A stretch of 64,000 nucleotides of DNA from Mobula hypostoma (lineage: Eukaryota), in contig NC_086109.1 of NCBI RefSeq assembly GCF_963921235.1, forward strand, positions 3,908,001 through 3,972,000, written 5' to 3'. Within the stretch, counting starts at the first letter, position 1; each line of letters begins with the position of its first letter. The position numbers and the translations under genes are program-made. This document shows, in pieces, positions 39,270-51,395 of this stretch. The notes beneath the pieces were generated by a model. The model had not been told where the DNA came from and made no database searches. It worked only from the letters and a program-made list of their open reading frames with translations.

Positions 39270-41372
39270 TAAAGCCTCAGCATTACATCCTTGCTTTTAT
39301 AATCTAGTCCTCTCAAAATTCAGGATTCAAGATTCAAGATTGTTCAATGTCTTTTCCTGTACACAAGTATACAGGAGAATTGAAATAGCGGTTACTCCAG
39401 ATCCAATGCAGCCCAAAAAAAAATGCTAACGTTGCATTTGCCTTCCTTACCACTGACTTAACCTGCAAGGGAATCTTGCATGAGGACTCCCATATCCCTT
39501 TGCGCCTCTGATTTTTGCAGGGTGAATTCTATCATTTGGGGATGGGGGTAGCAACCCCATTCTGTAAAAAGCCCAGAGCTACAGAAATCCCAACAGAAAC
39601 TTCAAAGAACTCATCCCTGGGAGAGGATGCTCTTCGCCTCAATGGAGAATGAAGTCATGTGATGAAAACAGAAGCAACAGGGCTGATCAACGTGGCGGAC
39701 TTGGGGAGCTGCTGTCAGTGGCCTATGCTCCAGTAGGGGTGAAGGGCTTAAGAAGAAAAAGAAGAGTTCTATCACTGGCTCCTAGGGGTTCCTTTACCTT
39801 AAGCTCTCTAATCAAATCTGGTTTATCATACAACCCCCGATCCAGGTGGCCTTTTCTCTAGTGGGCTCATATGCTCTAAAAAACCATCTCGTAGGCATTC
39901 CACAAATTCCTTCTTTTGGCATCTAGCACCAATTTAATTTTCCCAATCCACCTGCATATTGAAATTCCCCATAACAATCATAACATTTCCCTTTTTACAA
40001 CCTCTTTCTGCCTCCTGTTATAATTTATATCCCACATCCTGGCTACTGTTTGAGGGCCTGTATATAATTCCCAGCATGGTCTTTTTATCCTTGCAATTTC
40101 TAAACTCCCTCCACAAGGATTCTACATCTTTCTATCCTATGTCACCTCTTTCTCAGAATTTGATTTCATTTTTTACCAACAGACCTATCCCACCCCCTCT
40201 GTTTATGTTCCTTTCTTTTTCATCCAACGTGCATCCTTGGATGTTAAGGTCCCAACTAGGATCTTCTTTCAGCCATGACTCAGTGATTGCTACAACATCA
40301 TAGCTACTAATCTCTAACTGTGGTGCAGGGTCATCTACCTTATTCTGTACACTGCATGCATCCACCCTCTGGCTAAAGAAATTCCTTGTCTCTGTTCTAA
40401 AGGGACATCCTTTTATTCTAATATTGTGCCCTCTTTTCCTCACATCTCCTACTATTGAGAACCTCCTCTCCACGTCCACTCTATCCAGGCCTTTCAGTAT
40501 TCAATAGGCTTCAATGACATTCCTCCTTACCGCCCCCCCAACATCCTTCAAAACACCAGCAAGTACAGGCTAGAGCCATCAAGTGTGCCTCATATGTTAA
40601 CCCTTTCATTTCCAGAAACTCCTATAGACTCTCTCCAGGCAGCACATCCTTTCTTAAATATGAGGCCCAAGGCTTCTCACAATGCCTCAAAGTGGTCTGA
40701 CCAACACCTCATAAAACTCAGCATTATATCTTTTATTTTTTATTCTTGCCTCCTCAAAATAAATGCTAGCGTTTAGTTTGCCTTCCTTACTAACAATTCA
40801 AACTGCAAGTCAACATAGTATTTTTATTCCTAATCACATTATGGAGAGACAGTTCAGAGAAGAGGGCCGAGTCAGGTAAGACAGTATCATACTCATTAGG
40901 TTGAGACCTCTGCCAAACTTGGATTCACCCAACACCTACCAGCTCTTGCATACCACTTCCCCTCACCTCTTCCATCTCGATTTAAAACGTCGACTGCCCA
41001 CTTCCCTCCGTTGATGCTGCTTAACCCACTGAGTTCCTCCAGCGTGCAGAGTGGAAGTGGAGAGGTTGCTTCCTCTAATGGGGGAGTCTAGCATGAGAGG
41101 GAGCAGCCACAGTGTAGATGGGAGTTCCTTCAGAGCGGAAATGAGGAGGAATTTCTTTAGCCAGAGGGTGGAAATCTGTAGAATTCATTGCCACTTGGCT
41201 CTTGAGGCCAAATCATTGAGTATATTTAAAGCGGAACTTGATTGGTTTTTGATAAGAGCTTTAAAGTTTATGTGGAAAAGGCAGGAGAATGGGGTTGAGA
41301 GGGATAATAAATCAGCCACGATGGAATGGCGGTGCAGACTCGATGGATGAAATGGACTAATTCTGCTCCTAT
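39270..41372. mobile_element. Cluster of nested CR1-like fragments
   Basis: Endonuclease-like YDVVAITESWL...GGGIGLLVK (-); RT 3' ends on both strands. Confidence 0.75.
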
Positions 41373-41379
41373 ATTTTCG

Positions 41380-42110
41380 AATTCCCATTCCCGCTCTCAC
41401 ATGTTGGACCGTGGCCTCCTCGCATGCCAAGGTGAGGCCTCCCTCAGGGTGGAGGAGCAGCACCCTGCGATGACATGACTATCGATTTCTCCTTCCAGTT
41501 AAAAAAAAATTCCATCCCTCCCTCCCCTCTTCTCCCATTCCCCACTCTGACTTTTTACTTCTTCTCACCTATCACTTCCCCTTGGTTCCCACCCTTCTCT
41601 TTTTCCCCCGGTCCGCTCTCCTCTCCGAACAGATTCCTTCCTCTCCAGCCCTTTACCTTTCCCACCCACCTGGATTCACCTATCACCTTGAAGCTATCCT
41701 CCTCCCCCCCCCCACCCCACATCTTTATTCTGCCGTCTTCCCCACTTCCTTTTCAGTTCTGAAGAAGGGTCTCAGCCCAAGATATCGACTGTTTATTCAT
41801 TTCCATGGATGCTGCCTGACCTGCTGAGTTCCTTCAGCATTTTGTGTGTGTTGCTTTGGATTTCCAGCATCTGCAGAATCTTTATAGTGTTAATCAATAC
41901 AGGCGCTGGAGGTACTGCCATCAAAACCATAAAAACATAGGCACAAGAATTCTGCAGATACTGGAAATCCAAAGCAACACGCACAAAACGCTGAGGGAAC
42001 TCAGCAGGTCAGACAACATCTGTGGAAATGAATTAACAGTCGAGATTTTGGAGTGAGACCCTTCTTCAGTACTGAAAAGGAAGGTGGATGCTGGCAGAGT
42101 AAAAACATGC
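41380..42110. mobile_element. Two Penelope-like terminal fragments in opposite orientation (degraded hammerheads at ~41754 + and ~42040 -)
   Basis: CAGTT-CTGAAGA-AGGGTCTCAGCCC-AAGA-TA-TC-GACTG and an inverted copy. Confidence 0.7.
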
Positions 42111-42524
42111 CCTGTAGGTTTTGCGGAATGTTGAGGACAGAAGTATTGTGGACAGCAGCTGTAGAAAATCTATTAAGTGAAGAATAAAGTACGAGCCTGA
42201 GTGCCTGCTTTATTTCTGAGAGTTGATCTTTGCTGTTGTACGGCAGAGATAAATTCCACTTTCATTGGTGAACTTGACAGCTGGGTAAAGTGAACGAGTG
42301 AGTCACAGTGACTTTAAATGCTAATGAGCACTAAGATAAGAGTAATCTGAGGAATTATGACATGAAAGTGACATCAAGGTGAGTTGAAGTGTTCTCTCCA
42401 TGAGCTGTCCTCTGGAGGAGCCTCTGTTATCTCAAGGCTGTGTGCCTGCGGATTGTCACACACTCGAAAGGAATGAATAATACTCATTCATTGAAAGTAA
42501 ATGTTTAGTGGAAGGAGCTCCAAA

Positions 42525-43120
42525 GAGATTGACAAACCTTGACAAACTTCTGTAGATGTGTGGTGGAAAGTGTACTGGCTGGCTGCATTACAGCTGGCAC
42601 GGGAACACCAATGCCTTTGAGCAGAGAATACTACAGAAGGTAGTGGATTTGGCTCAGTACATCACAGGTGAAGGCCTCCCAACCATTGAGCACATCTACA
42701 TGAAACGTTGCCGTAGAAAAGCAGCATCCGTCATCAAAGATCCTCACCACCCAGGCCATGCTCTTTTCTCACTGCTGCCATCAGGTAGAAGGTACAAGAG
42801 CTTCATAACTCACACCACCAGCTTCAAGAACAGGTATTACTCCTCAACCATCAGGCTCTTGAACGGAAGAGAATAACTTCACTCATTCTGCTGGTATTCC
42901 CACAACCGATAGTCTCACTTTAAGGCTCTTTATTTTGTTATTTCATGCTCATTACTTATTGCTATTTATTTATATTTGCATTTGCACAGTTTGATGCTCA
43001 TTAATCCAGTTTACAGTTACTGATTTATAGATTCGCTAAATATGCCCACAGGAAAACGAATCTCTGGGTTGTATGTGGTGACATGTATGTACTCTGATAA
43101 TAAATTTTACTTTGAACTTT
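42525..43120 (+). mobile_element. Rex1/Babar-like 3' fragment
   Basis: RCRRKAASVIKDPHHPGHALFSLLPSGRRY. Confidence 0.85.
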
Positions 43121-43702
43121 CACTCCCTTAATCCATTTGTCCCTCCTCACTAATCTCCCTCCTGGCACTTATTCCTGCAAGTGAACACTCGCCTCCTCCC
43201 TCGTCTCATTCAGGAACCCAAGCAGTCCTTCCAGGTGAGGCAGCCCTTCACCTGCAAATCTGCTGGGGTAGTCTGTTCTGTTCGGTGTTCTCAATGCAAC
43301 CTCCTCTACACTGGTGAGACCCATTGTAACTTGGGACTGGTTCATGGGGCACCTCCACTCCTCCCGCCAAAAGCGGAACTTCCCAGTGGCCAAACATTTT
43401 ATTTCCCATTCCCTGTCCTTTTACCTCTTCACACCTGCCTATCACTTTCCCGCCTCCTTCCCTTTCTCCTGTGGTCCACTCTCCTGTCCTATCAAATTCC
43501 TTCCTTTCCGGCCCTTTATCTTTCCCAGCCACCTGGCTTCACCTATCACATTCCAGCAATCCTCCTTCCCCTCCCCCCACCTTTATTCTGCTGTCTTCCC
43601 CCTTCTATTTCAGTACTGAAGAAGGGTCTCGGCCTGAAATGTCGACTGGTCATTCATTTCCACGGATGCTGCCTGACCTGCTGGGTTCCTCCAGCATTTT
43701 GT
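43121..43702 (+). mobile_element. Penelope-like element 3' part: GIY-YIG remnant plus hammerhead-bearing terminal repeat
   Basis: PKQSFQVRQPFTCKSAGVVCSVRCSQCNLLYTGET (GIY-YIG-like), then a pyrimidine-rich UTR and the hammerhead at 43611. Confidence 0.8.
43611..43648 (+). ncRNA. Minimal hammerhead motif, core intact, helix I/III mutated
   Basis: CAGUA-CUGAAGA-AGG(GUCUCGG)CCU-GAAA-UG-UC-GACUG. Confidence 0.55.
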
Positions 43703-44929
43703 AATAAAGAATACTTGTCCATTTTATTAATGACCAGTGAGCCGTGGAGTGGTCACGATGATGGGTCTCAACCCTGGTAAATTTCACCTGTAGAGCTGCC
43801 GATACATAAGGCATCTGTAATGTGCAAACAATACGCCATACCTCCACAGCAGAGAGGAATGCTGAAAAGTGTGGGGCCTAGTGGCTAGCACAACGCTTTG
43901 CAGTACAGGCAGTGCAGGGTTCAATTCCAGCCACTGCCTCTAAGGAGTTTACACGTTCTCCCCGTGTCCATGTGCATTTCCTCCGCGCGCTCCGATTTCT
44001 TCCCACAGTCCATAGATGTACCAGTTGGTAGGTTAACTGGCCATTATAAATTAGGCTCGGATTAAACCTGGGCGATGTGGCTCGAAGGGCCTATTGTGAG
44101 CTGTATCTGTATCTCAATAAATAAATTAAACATTTTAAAAGTAAATAAATAAAGCCGGCTCTGACATCTATGCACCCAGATGGCCTGTTGGTCTGTTTTG
44201 CCACAGAACCAAACTGGTGTGAGGAGCACCCTGCCGGGATGAGGACAGGCAGATACATCAGTGACATTTAACGATAGGCATATGGATGACAGAAAAATGG
44301 AGGCTTAGTAGAGTAGGTTAAAAGTTCAGCATTTCATCGTGGGCCGAAGAGTCTGAACTGTGCTGTAGTGTTCTGTGCCCCTTGTTAACAAGAATCCTAT
44401 GATTTGACAAGCAAAGCTTTTATTGATTTTACAACATTTTGAGCCATTTTTAACAGAGCGAATCTTTGCGAATTTGTATGGTTCTGGTACAGAATCAAAC
44501 CCTGAAAAATCACATTTGTGAACATTGTAAATAGCTTTAAGAGTGATTTTCATCCCAATTATCTGCCGCGCAATTTGTGCAAAGGGATAGGAGCTGATAA
44601 GATTACTTATCGTTTTAATTAAAGTCTTATCAATCCCCAGTGTCTGATCCTATCAGACCTGCACTCCATTAAGTCCTGAGGTCTCTGTGGAATACCACCA
44701 GCTGCAAATCTCTGTCTGAGATTTTACCCCTGGCTATATCCCAAACTCTCCTCTGTTCTCCTCATTTCCACATCAGCATCTGGGAGATTCATGAAGCAAT
44801 TCAGAATTCTCCCCACAGTAGGGGTACCACAGCTTGCATTTACCTTTCAGTACAGAATCTTGAAACTTAACAAGAACAAGGAAGTAAGGGGGGGGGCAGG
44901 GGTAAAAAGGCGATAACTTTAGCAGTGAA

Positions 44930-45602
44930 GTATCCATATTTTAAAAAGGATGTTCTGGCATTTACCTTGCAGTACAGAATCTTGAAACTTAACAAGAACA
45001 AGGAAGTCCAGACAAGTCCAGAGGAGGTTTACAAGAATGATCCTGGGAATGAAAGAGTTAACATATGAGGAGAGTTTTGATGGCTCTGAGACTGTACTTG
45101 TTGGAGCTTAGAAGAATGAGGGTGGGGAGGAATCTCATTGAAAGCTACTGAATATTGAAAGGCGTAGATCAGCGGTTTCCAAACTTTTGTTATACCATGG
45201 ACCAGAACAATTAAGCAAGGGGTCGGTGGACCCTAGGTTGGGAACTCCTCGCCTAGATAGAGTGGATGTGGAGACGATGTTTCCTATAGTGAGAGAGTCT
45301 AGGTCCAGAGGGCACAGCCTCATAACACAAGGACATCCCTTTAGAACAGAGATGGGGAGGCATTTCTTCAGCCAGATGGTGGTGAATCTGTGCAACTCAT
45401 TGGCACGGATGGTTGTAGAGGCCAAGTCAATGGGTATATTTAAAGCAGAAGTTGATAGATTCCTGATTAGTCAAGGCATCAAATGTTACAGGGAGGGGCA
45501 GGAGAATGGGATTGAGAAGGATAATAAATCAGCCATGTTCAAATGACAGAGAGGACTCGATGGGCTGAATGGCCAAATCCTGTTCCTCTGCCTTATGGTC
45601 TT
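44930..45602 (+). mobile_element. CR1-like 3' fragment with nested MITE
   Basis: RGHSLITQGHPFRTEMGRHFFSQMVVNLCNSL; tail cttatggtctt. Confidence 0.8.
45170..45250 (-). mobile_element. 81-bp hAT-like MITE with 8-bp TSD
   Basis: GCGTAGAT (45162-45169) / GCCTAGAT (45251-45258). Confidence 0.85.
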
Positions 45603-46315
45603 GTGGATGAAGATGTGGTCGGGGAGCTGGGTAATCCTTCCCAACCCTTCTTTGCCTCCCCCGTCTGTCCTAGTTACCTTATCTGCCAGAACAGCCGCCC
45701 TTCCAGTGACTCCTCCACCACCTCCTTTCCCAGGCACACTACCTGATCTCCCCTCAGGTGATTTGCAAAGTAGCACAGGGGAGGAAAGAGTTCTGTTCTT
45801 CTGGAATTGTGGGCAGCGCAGTAGTGTAGCGGTTAGCACCACACGTTACAACGCCAGATATCAGTGTTCAATTCCCGCCGCTGTCTGTGGGTTCCCCCCG
45901 TAACCACGCGTGTATCCTCCGGGTCGTCCCATTTCCTTTCACCTTCCAAAGATCGCAGTTTAGGGTTAGGAAGTCATGGGCGTGCTATGTTAGTGCCAGA
46001 AGCATGACGGCACTTGTGGGCTGCCCCCAGCTCATCCTCGCACGGCGTTGATCATCGGAGCAAACGTTGCATTTCACTGTGTGTTTCTATGTTTTGATAT
46101 ACATTTGGCAAATAAACCTGATCTTCACTAACACACACAAAAATTGCTGAAGGAACTCAGCAGGTCAAGCAGCATCTGTGGAGGAGGATGTAAACCGTCG
46201 ACGTTTCAGGCTGAGGCCCTTAAACTGGGAAAACGTTATCTTTTTTCTCGAATTTATTCCAAGATTCCTAACATATCAAGAGGTGGGTGAGCTCAGGGAG
46301 GTGATGTAGTTTTAA

Positions 46316-46552
<237 letters not shown>

Positions 46553-46798
46553 TGAGTGTGTCGTGGCATCACCCTGCACCAGTGTTCCCCACGTTCAGCC
46601 AAGACTGGGGAAGTTAATTTGATAAGCCTGCAAACAAAGGCACGGGGAGGTGCCTTCTAAGGCTGCTGTACCATAGGCACTGCTAGGTGATGTTTCCAAT
46701 AGTGGAGCAGTTTAGGACCAGAGGGCACAGCCTCAGAACAGGACATCCCAGTATAATGCAGATGAGAAGCAGGAATTTCTTTCAGTAGAGGGGAGTAA

Positions 46799-47045
46799 GG
46801 CTACGTCCACACTGCGCCGGATAATTTTGAAAACAAAGCTTTTTCTCTTCGTTTGGCTCTCTGTCCATAATAAAACGGCGTTTTCATCCCCCCCGAAAAC
46901 GGAGATTTTCAGAAACGGTCTCCAGAGTGAATAAATCTGAAAATGTCTAATATCCGTTGCAGTGTGTACGGGGTAACCGGAGCTTTTTAAAACTGCTGTC
47001 ATGACGTGCCGGAACAGATAGCGGCAGCCCGGCATTTCATTGTTT
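46799..47045 (+). mobile_element. PIF/Harbinger-like element, one end only
   Basis: TAA|GGCTACGTCCACACT terminus with GAAAAC subterminal repeats; matching TIR not found. Confidence 0.55.
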
Positions 47046-47091
47046 TCTTCTTCTTCTTCTTCTTATTATTATTATTATTATTACTACTACT
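47045..47091 (+). repeat. Compound microsatellite (TCT)n(TAT)n(TAC)n
   Basis: Direct reading. Confidence 0.9.
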
Positions 47092-47775
47092 GGGGTGCGG
47101 TTTGGAGATTATACAGTGTGGGATGGGGTGGCGTTTGGAGATTATACAGTGTGGGATGGGGTGGCGTTTGGGGATTATACAGTGTAGGATGGGGTGGCGT
47201 TTGGGGATTATACAGTGTAGGATGGGGTGGCGTTTGGGGATTATACAGTGTGGGATGGGGTGGGTTTGGGGATTATACAGTGTAGGATGGGGTGGCATTT
47301 GGGGATTATACAGTGTGGGATGGGGTGCGGTTTGGGGATTATACAGTGTAGGATGGGGTGGCGTTTGGGGATTATACAGTGTGGGATGGGGTGGCATTTG
47401 GGGATTATACAGTGTAGGATGGGGTGGGGTTTGGGGATTATACAGTGTAGGATGGGGTGGCGTTTGGGGATTATACAGTGTGGGATGGGGTGGGGTTTGG
47501 GGATTATACAGTGTGGGATGGGGTGGGGTTTGGGGATTATACAGTGTGGGATGGGGTGGGTTTGGGGATTATACAGTGTGGGATGGGGTGGGGTTTGGGG
47601 ATTATACAGTGTGGGATGGGGTGGCGTTTGGGGATTATACAGTGTGGGATGGGGTGGGTTTGGGGATTATACAGTGTAGGATGGGGTGGCATTTGGGGAT
47701 TATACAGTGTGGGATGGGGTGGGGTTTGGGGATTATACAGTGTGGGATGGGGTGTGGTTGGGAGGTTATACAACG
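47092..47775 (+). repeat. 32-33 bp minisatellite, ~20 copies
   Basis: Unit GGGGATTATACAGTGTRGGATGGGGTGGCGTTT, highly homogeneous. Confidence 0.95.
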
Positions 47776-48472
47776 TGGGACAGGGTTACAGAGTTAACAC
47801 AGTGGGAGTGGATTAGACTTAATGGTGTGGGAGGGGGTTAGCGTTAACACAGTGTGGAAGGGGATTAGAGTTAACACGGTGTGGGAGGGGGTTAGTGTTA
47901 ACACGGTGTGGAAGGGGATTAGAGTTTACACGGTGTGGGACAGGGTTAGAGTTAACACGGTGTGGGACAGGGTTAGTGTTAACGGTGTGGGACAAGGTTA
48001 GTGTTAACGGTGTGGGACTGGGTTAGAGTTAACACGGTATGGGAGGGGTTAGAGTTAACAGTGTGGGACGGGGTTAGAGTTAACACGGTGTGGGACGGGG
48101 TTTAGAGTTAACGCGGTATGGGAGGGGGGTAGTGTTAACGCGGTGTGGGACGGGGTTAGTGTTAACATTGTGTGGGACTGGGTTAGAGTTAACGGTGTGG
48201 GACGGGGTTAGAGTTAACGCGGTATGGGAAGGGTTAGAGTTAACGGTGTGGGACGGGGTTAGAGTTAACGCGGTATGGGAAGGGTTAGAGTTAACGGTGT
48301 GGGACGGGGTTAGAGTTAATGCGGTATGGGAGGGGGTTAGTGTTAACGCGGTGTGGGACGGGGTTAGAGTTAGCGGTGTGGGAGGGTGTTAGAGTTAACG
48401 GTGTGGGAGGGATTTAGAGTTAACACGGTGTGGGACAGGGTTAGTGTTAACCCGGTGTGGGACGGGGTTACA
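47776..48472 (+). repeat. ~26-29 bp minisatellite, ~25 copies
   Basis: Unit GGGTTAGAGTTAAC(AC)GGTGTGGGACG. Confidence 0.92.
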
Positions 48473-48595
48473 GTGCTGGCACAGAAAAGGGAATGAAGGT
48501 TGGGGCAAATACCTGTGATGATGGTAAATGGTGAGCCATTCTTGTTATTCAAACTGCCTGCTGAAATTACATTCCTGTGTGCTTTGTTTCCAAAG

Positions 48596-48746
48596 GTATT
48601 ACGCTGATATAGCCAAAATGTCTGCAATCAGTGATCAGGACATGAATGCCTACCTGGCAGAGCAGTCGCGACTGCACGTCAGCGAGTTCAACATGCTGAG
48701 CGCGTTGAACGAGATCTACTCTTATGTTACCAAATACAGTGAAGAG
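48596..48746 (+). CDS. PLXNA2: Plexin-A2 coding exon (9 of 10)
   Basis: ccaaag|G TAT TAC...GAA GAG|gtgagt; 151 bp; [50 protein letters not shown]. Confidence 0.95.
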
Positions 48747-51069
48747 GTGAGTCCCAGCGCCTGCCCCAAGTTCTGCTTCTCACAATTGTTCAACTGAACC
48801 ACAGGTGTCAGCCCCGGCGATATTAAAATAAACAGGGGCACGGATTGTTTTACAAGCCTGACATTCAGTACTTCTGAATGTAGAACATTATAGCACAGAC
48901 AAGGTCCTTCAGTCCATGATGATCTTCCGGCCTTGTGACCCACTCCAAGATCAAATCTCTCCCACTTAGCCCCCCATTTTTCTGCCATCCATGTGTCTAA
49001 CAGACTTTTAACTGTCCTGAATGTGTCTGCTGCCTCTGCCACCACTGCTTACAGGGTGTTCCATGCACCCACCATTCTCTATAAAAAAAACTTACCTCTG
49101 ATAACCCCCTATACTTTCCTCCAATCACCTTAAAATTGTGTCCTGTCATGTGAGCCAGTTCTGCCCTGGGGAAAAGTCTCTTACTGCCCACTCCATCTAC
49201 GCCTCTTATCATCTTGTAGACCACCATTATTTATCTATTGAGATACAGTGTGGAACAGGCCCTTCCAGCTCTTCGAGCCACCGTGCCCAGCAAGCCCTTG
49301 ATTTTAACCCTGGTCTAATCATGGGACAATTTACAATGACCAATTAACTTACCAGCCTGTGCGCCTTTGGTATGTGTGAAACCGGAGCACCCAAAGGAGG
49401 TCCACTCGTTCACGGGGAGAATGCACAAACTGCTTACAGGCAACGTCAGGAAATGAACCCTGGTCACTGGTATAGTGAAGCACCTCGCTAACTTGTCGCC
49501 CCATCTCTCACCTCTCAGAGATTTTTGAAATACATTTGAAATGGCCTCCTAACTATGTTGTACCGAAATTCTGAAACGGATATTGTTCTAATCAGTTGGT
49601 AAATTCTGATTACAGTTATCCACTTCAGGAATCTCAGTTGAAAAAAAATTCTCAGTAGATTTTCTATTTCATTATCTGAGATTATCTCATCACTAATTTC
49701 CGGGTGGATAGTCTCTGGGCTGGTGCACTTGACGAGACCTGTACTCTGGCAGTAGAATGTGTGAGGTAGCAGCGTTTAATATGTGGTTCACACTGCAGTT
49801 AACAATTTAAATGCAGCAGCAGACCAAAGTGGAAAATGCAACAGAGGGGCCTGGCCTCCTCTGATATAGACCCCATGGAGGGGCCCACTGTTACACTAAT
49901 GAGATAATGAACAGAGAAAATAAAAATAAGTGAAGATACTTGGGGAGTTCTTCATTAGAGGTGGTAAAGAGCTTTATTTAATATGCCATCCACTGCCAAA
50001 GACTGTAATTTCACCAGATAAACAGGTAGTAATGTAGAAAAATCTCATTACGACAAATTACTATAGATCTTGACACTTAATGCTCGTTATCTGCAGTGTT
50101 GGTTTTATGTTAGCTGTTCTTTAGTACCACATTATGCATTTGAGTTTAATTTGGACTAGAATAAAGCAAAATTATATTTTGCTTCAGTTGGAGACGGCTG
50201 CACATAAAGACTCGGGAAACGTGCTTTGTAATCTGATGGGTAATATCCATTAGGAATATTCAGAACATCATTGCCTCAGTGAATATTGCAATGAATGGTT
50301 CTGGGGAAATAGTGTTCCTTGCATATGAAGTGATGATCCAATTAAAGCCCCGCGTTCACTTCTCTCCCTCTTTCACCTGCCATAGGTGTCTCTGCAGCTG
50401 CTTTTGTGGAAAGTCAATGCCATGGATTTCTCTGGCCAGACGCACAGCATGTAGTTTGCAGTCCCCCTGCGCTCTGAGGGTGAATGCGAATGTGTTGCTG
50501 ATATTACACTGAAGACGTAGCCAGATAAAGTCGCAAGCACACCGAAAGGGGAGATGCAATTAGGTGATCAACCCAGGTCCCCAGAAATAATTTGTCTCAG
50601 GCAGGCAGGCGTCCCTTTGTTGAAATAATTTAGTCTCAAGCCCAAAGTATCTGGAGTGACAAAGTAGAACTGAGCATGATAAAACAAAAATAAATCACCT
50701 CAGATGAATAATTCAGGTACAGACTAGAACGGATATAGCAAGCTGAGGGGAAAATTTGGATGTGCAGTTTCAGTGAGTGAGAATCGAACGGTAGTGCAAA
50801 TGAAAGGGAGCCCACAGACTGGTGCAGCAGTCTGAATAGTAAGCAGGTGGGGTGGACTGTCGGGCTCCTTTCAAGCAGGAGGCTGTTGGAGCTGGAATTC
50901 TATGTATTGAGGTTTCAGTCTTTACCTTAGGAGGCCATGCTCCCAACATCTCAGCAGGAGGGGGGAGGCTGTGGGGTAAAGGAAGAGGAGATCGGCAAGG
51001 AGAGAAGTCAGTAGATGTCTTTTAAGTAGACATCACCTTGCCTGGTGGGATATTCCCCTGATTACTGGC

Positions 51070-51395
51070 AGGATGAAGCAGAGGTCACAGGAAGCAGAGG
51101 TGGCGTGGAGAAGATCTGATGGGGGATCATGTTACGGGAAGCAGAGGTTACGGGGTGGAGGTCTCATGGAGCAGTTAGAGGAAGCAGAGGTCACAGGAAG
51201 CAGTGATCATAAGGAGGCAGTCATATGGGGGCAGAGGTTACAGGTGGAGCAAAGGTGGCAAGGCGGAAGTCATAGGGAGCAGAGATCACGGGGAGAATAG
51301 GTGATGGAGAGGAGGTCACAGGGAACAGAAGTTGAGGGGTGGAGGTCAGAATTTGTGACAGAGGTCGAGGGGAGCAGAGGTCAGCTGGAGACAAG
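51070..51395 (+). repeat. Degenerate purine-rich tandem repeat (GRAGCAGAGGTCACAGG)
   Basis: The GCAGAGGT core recurs at short intervals. Confidence 0.65.

Noticed and set aside
47092..47775. CRISPR-like regular repeats
   Set aside because: Head-to-tail units with no unique spacers, no cas genes, eukaryotic intron
46999..48392. Repetitive ORFs (WGLYSVGWGGV, GIIQCGMGW, etc.)
   Set aside because: Products of the minisatellites, open in several frames
47776..48472. Possible interstitial telomere (GGGTTA in each unit)
   Set aside because: Only one GGGTTA per 26-29-bp unit; no tandem (TTAGGG)n
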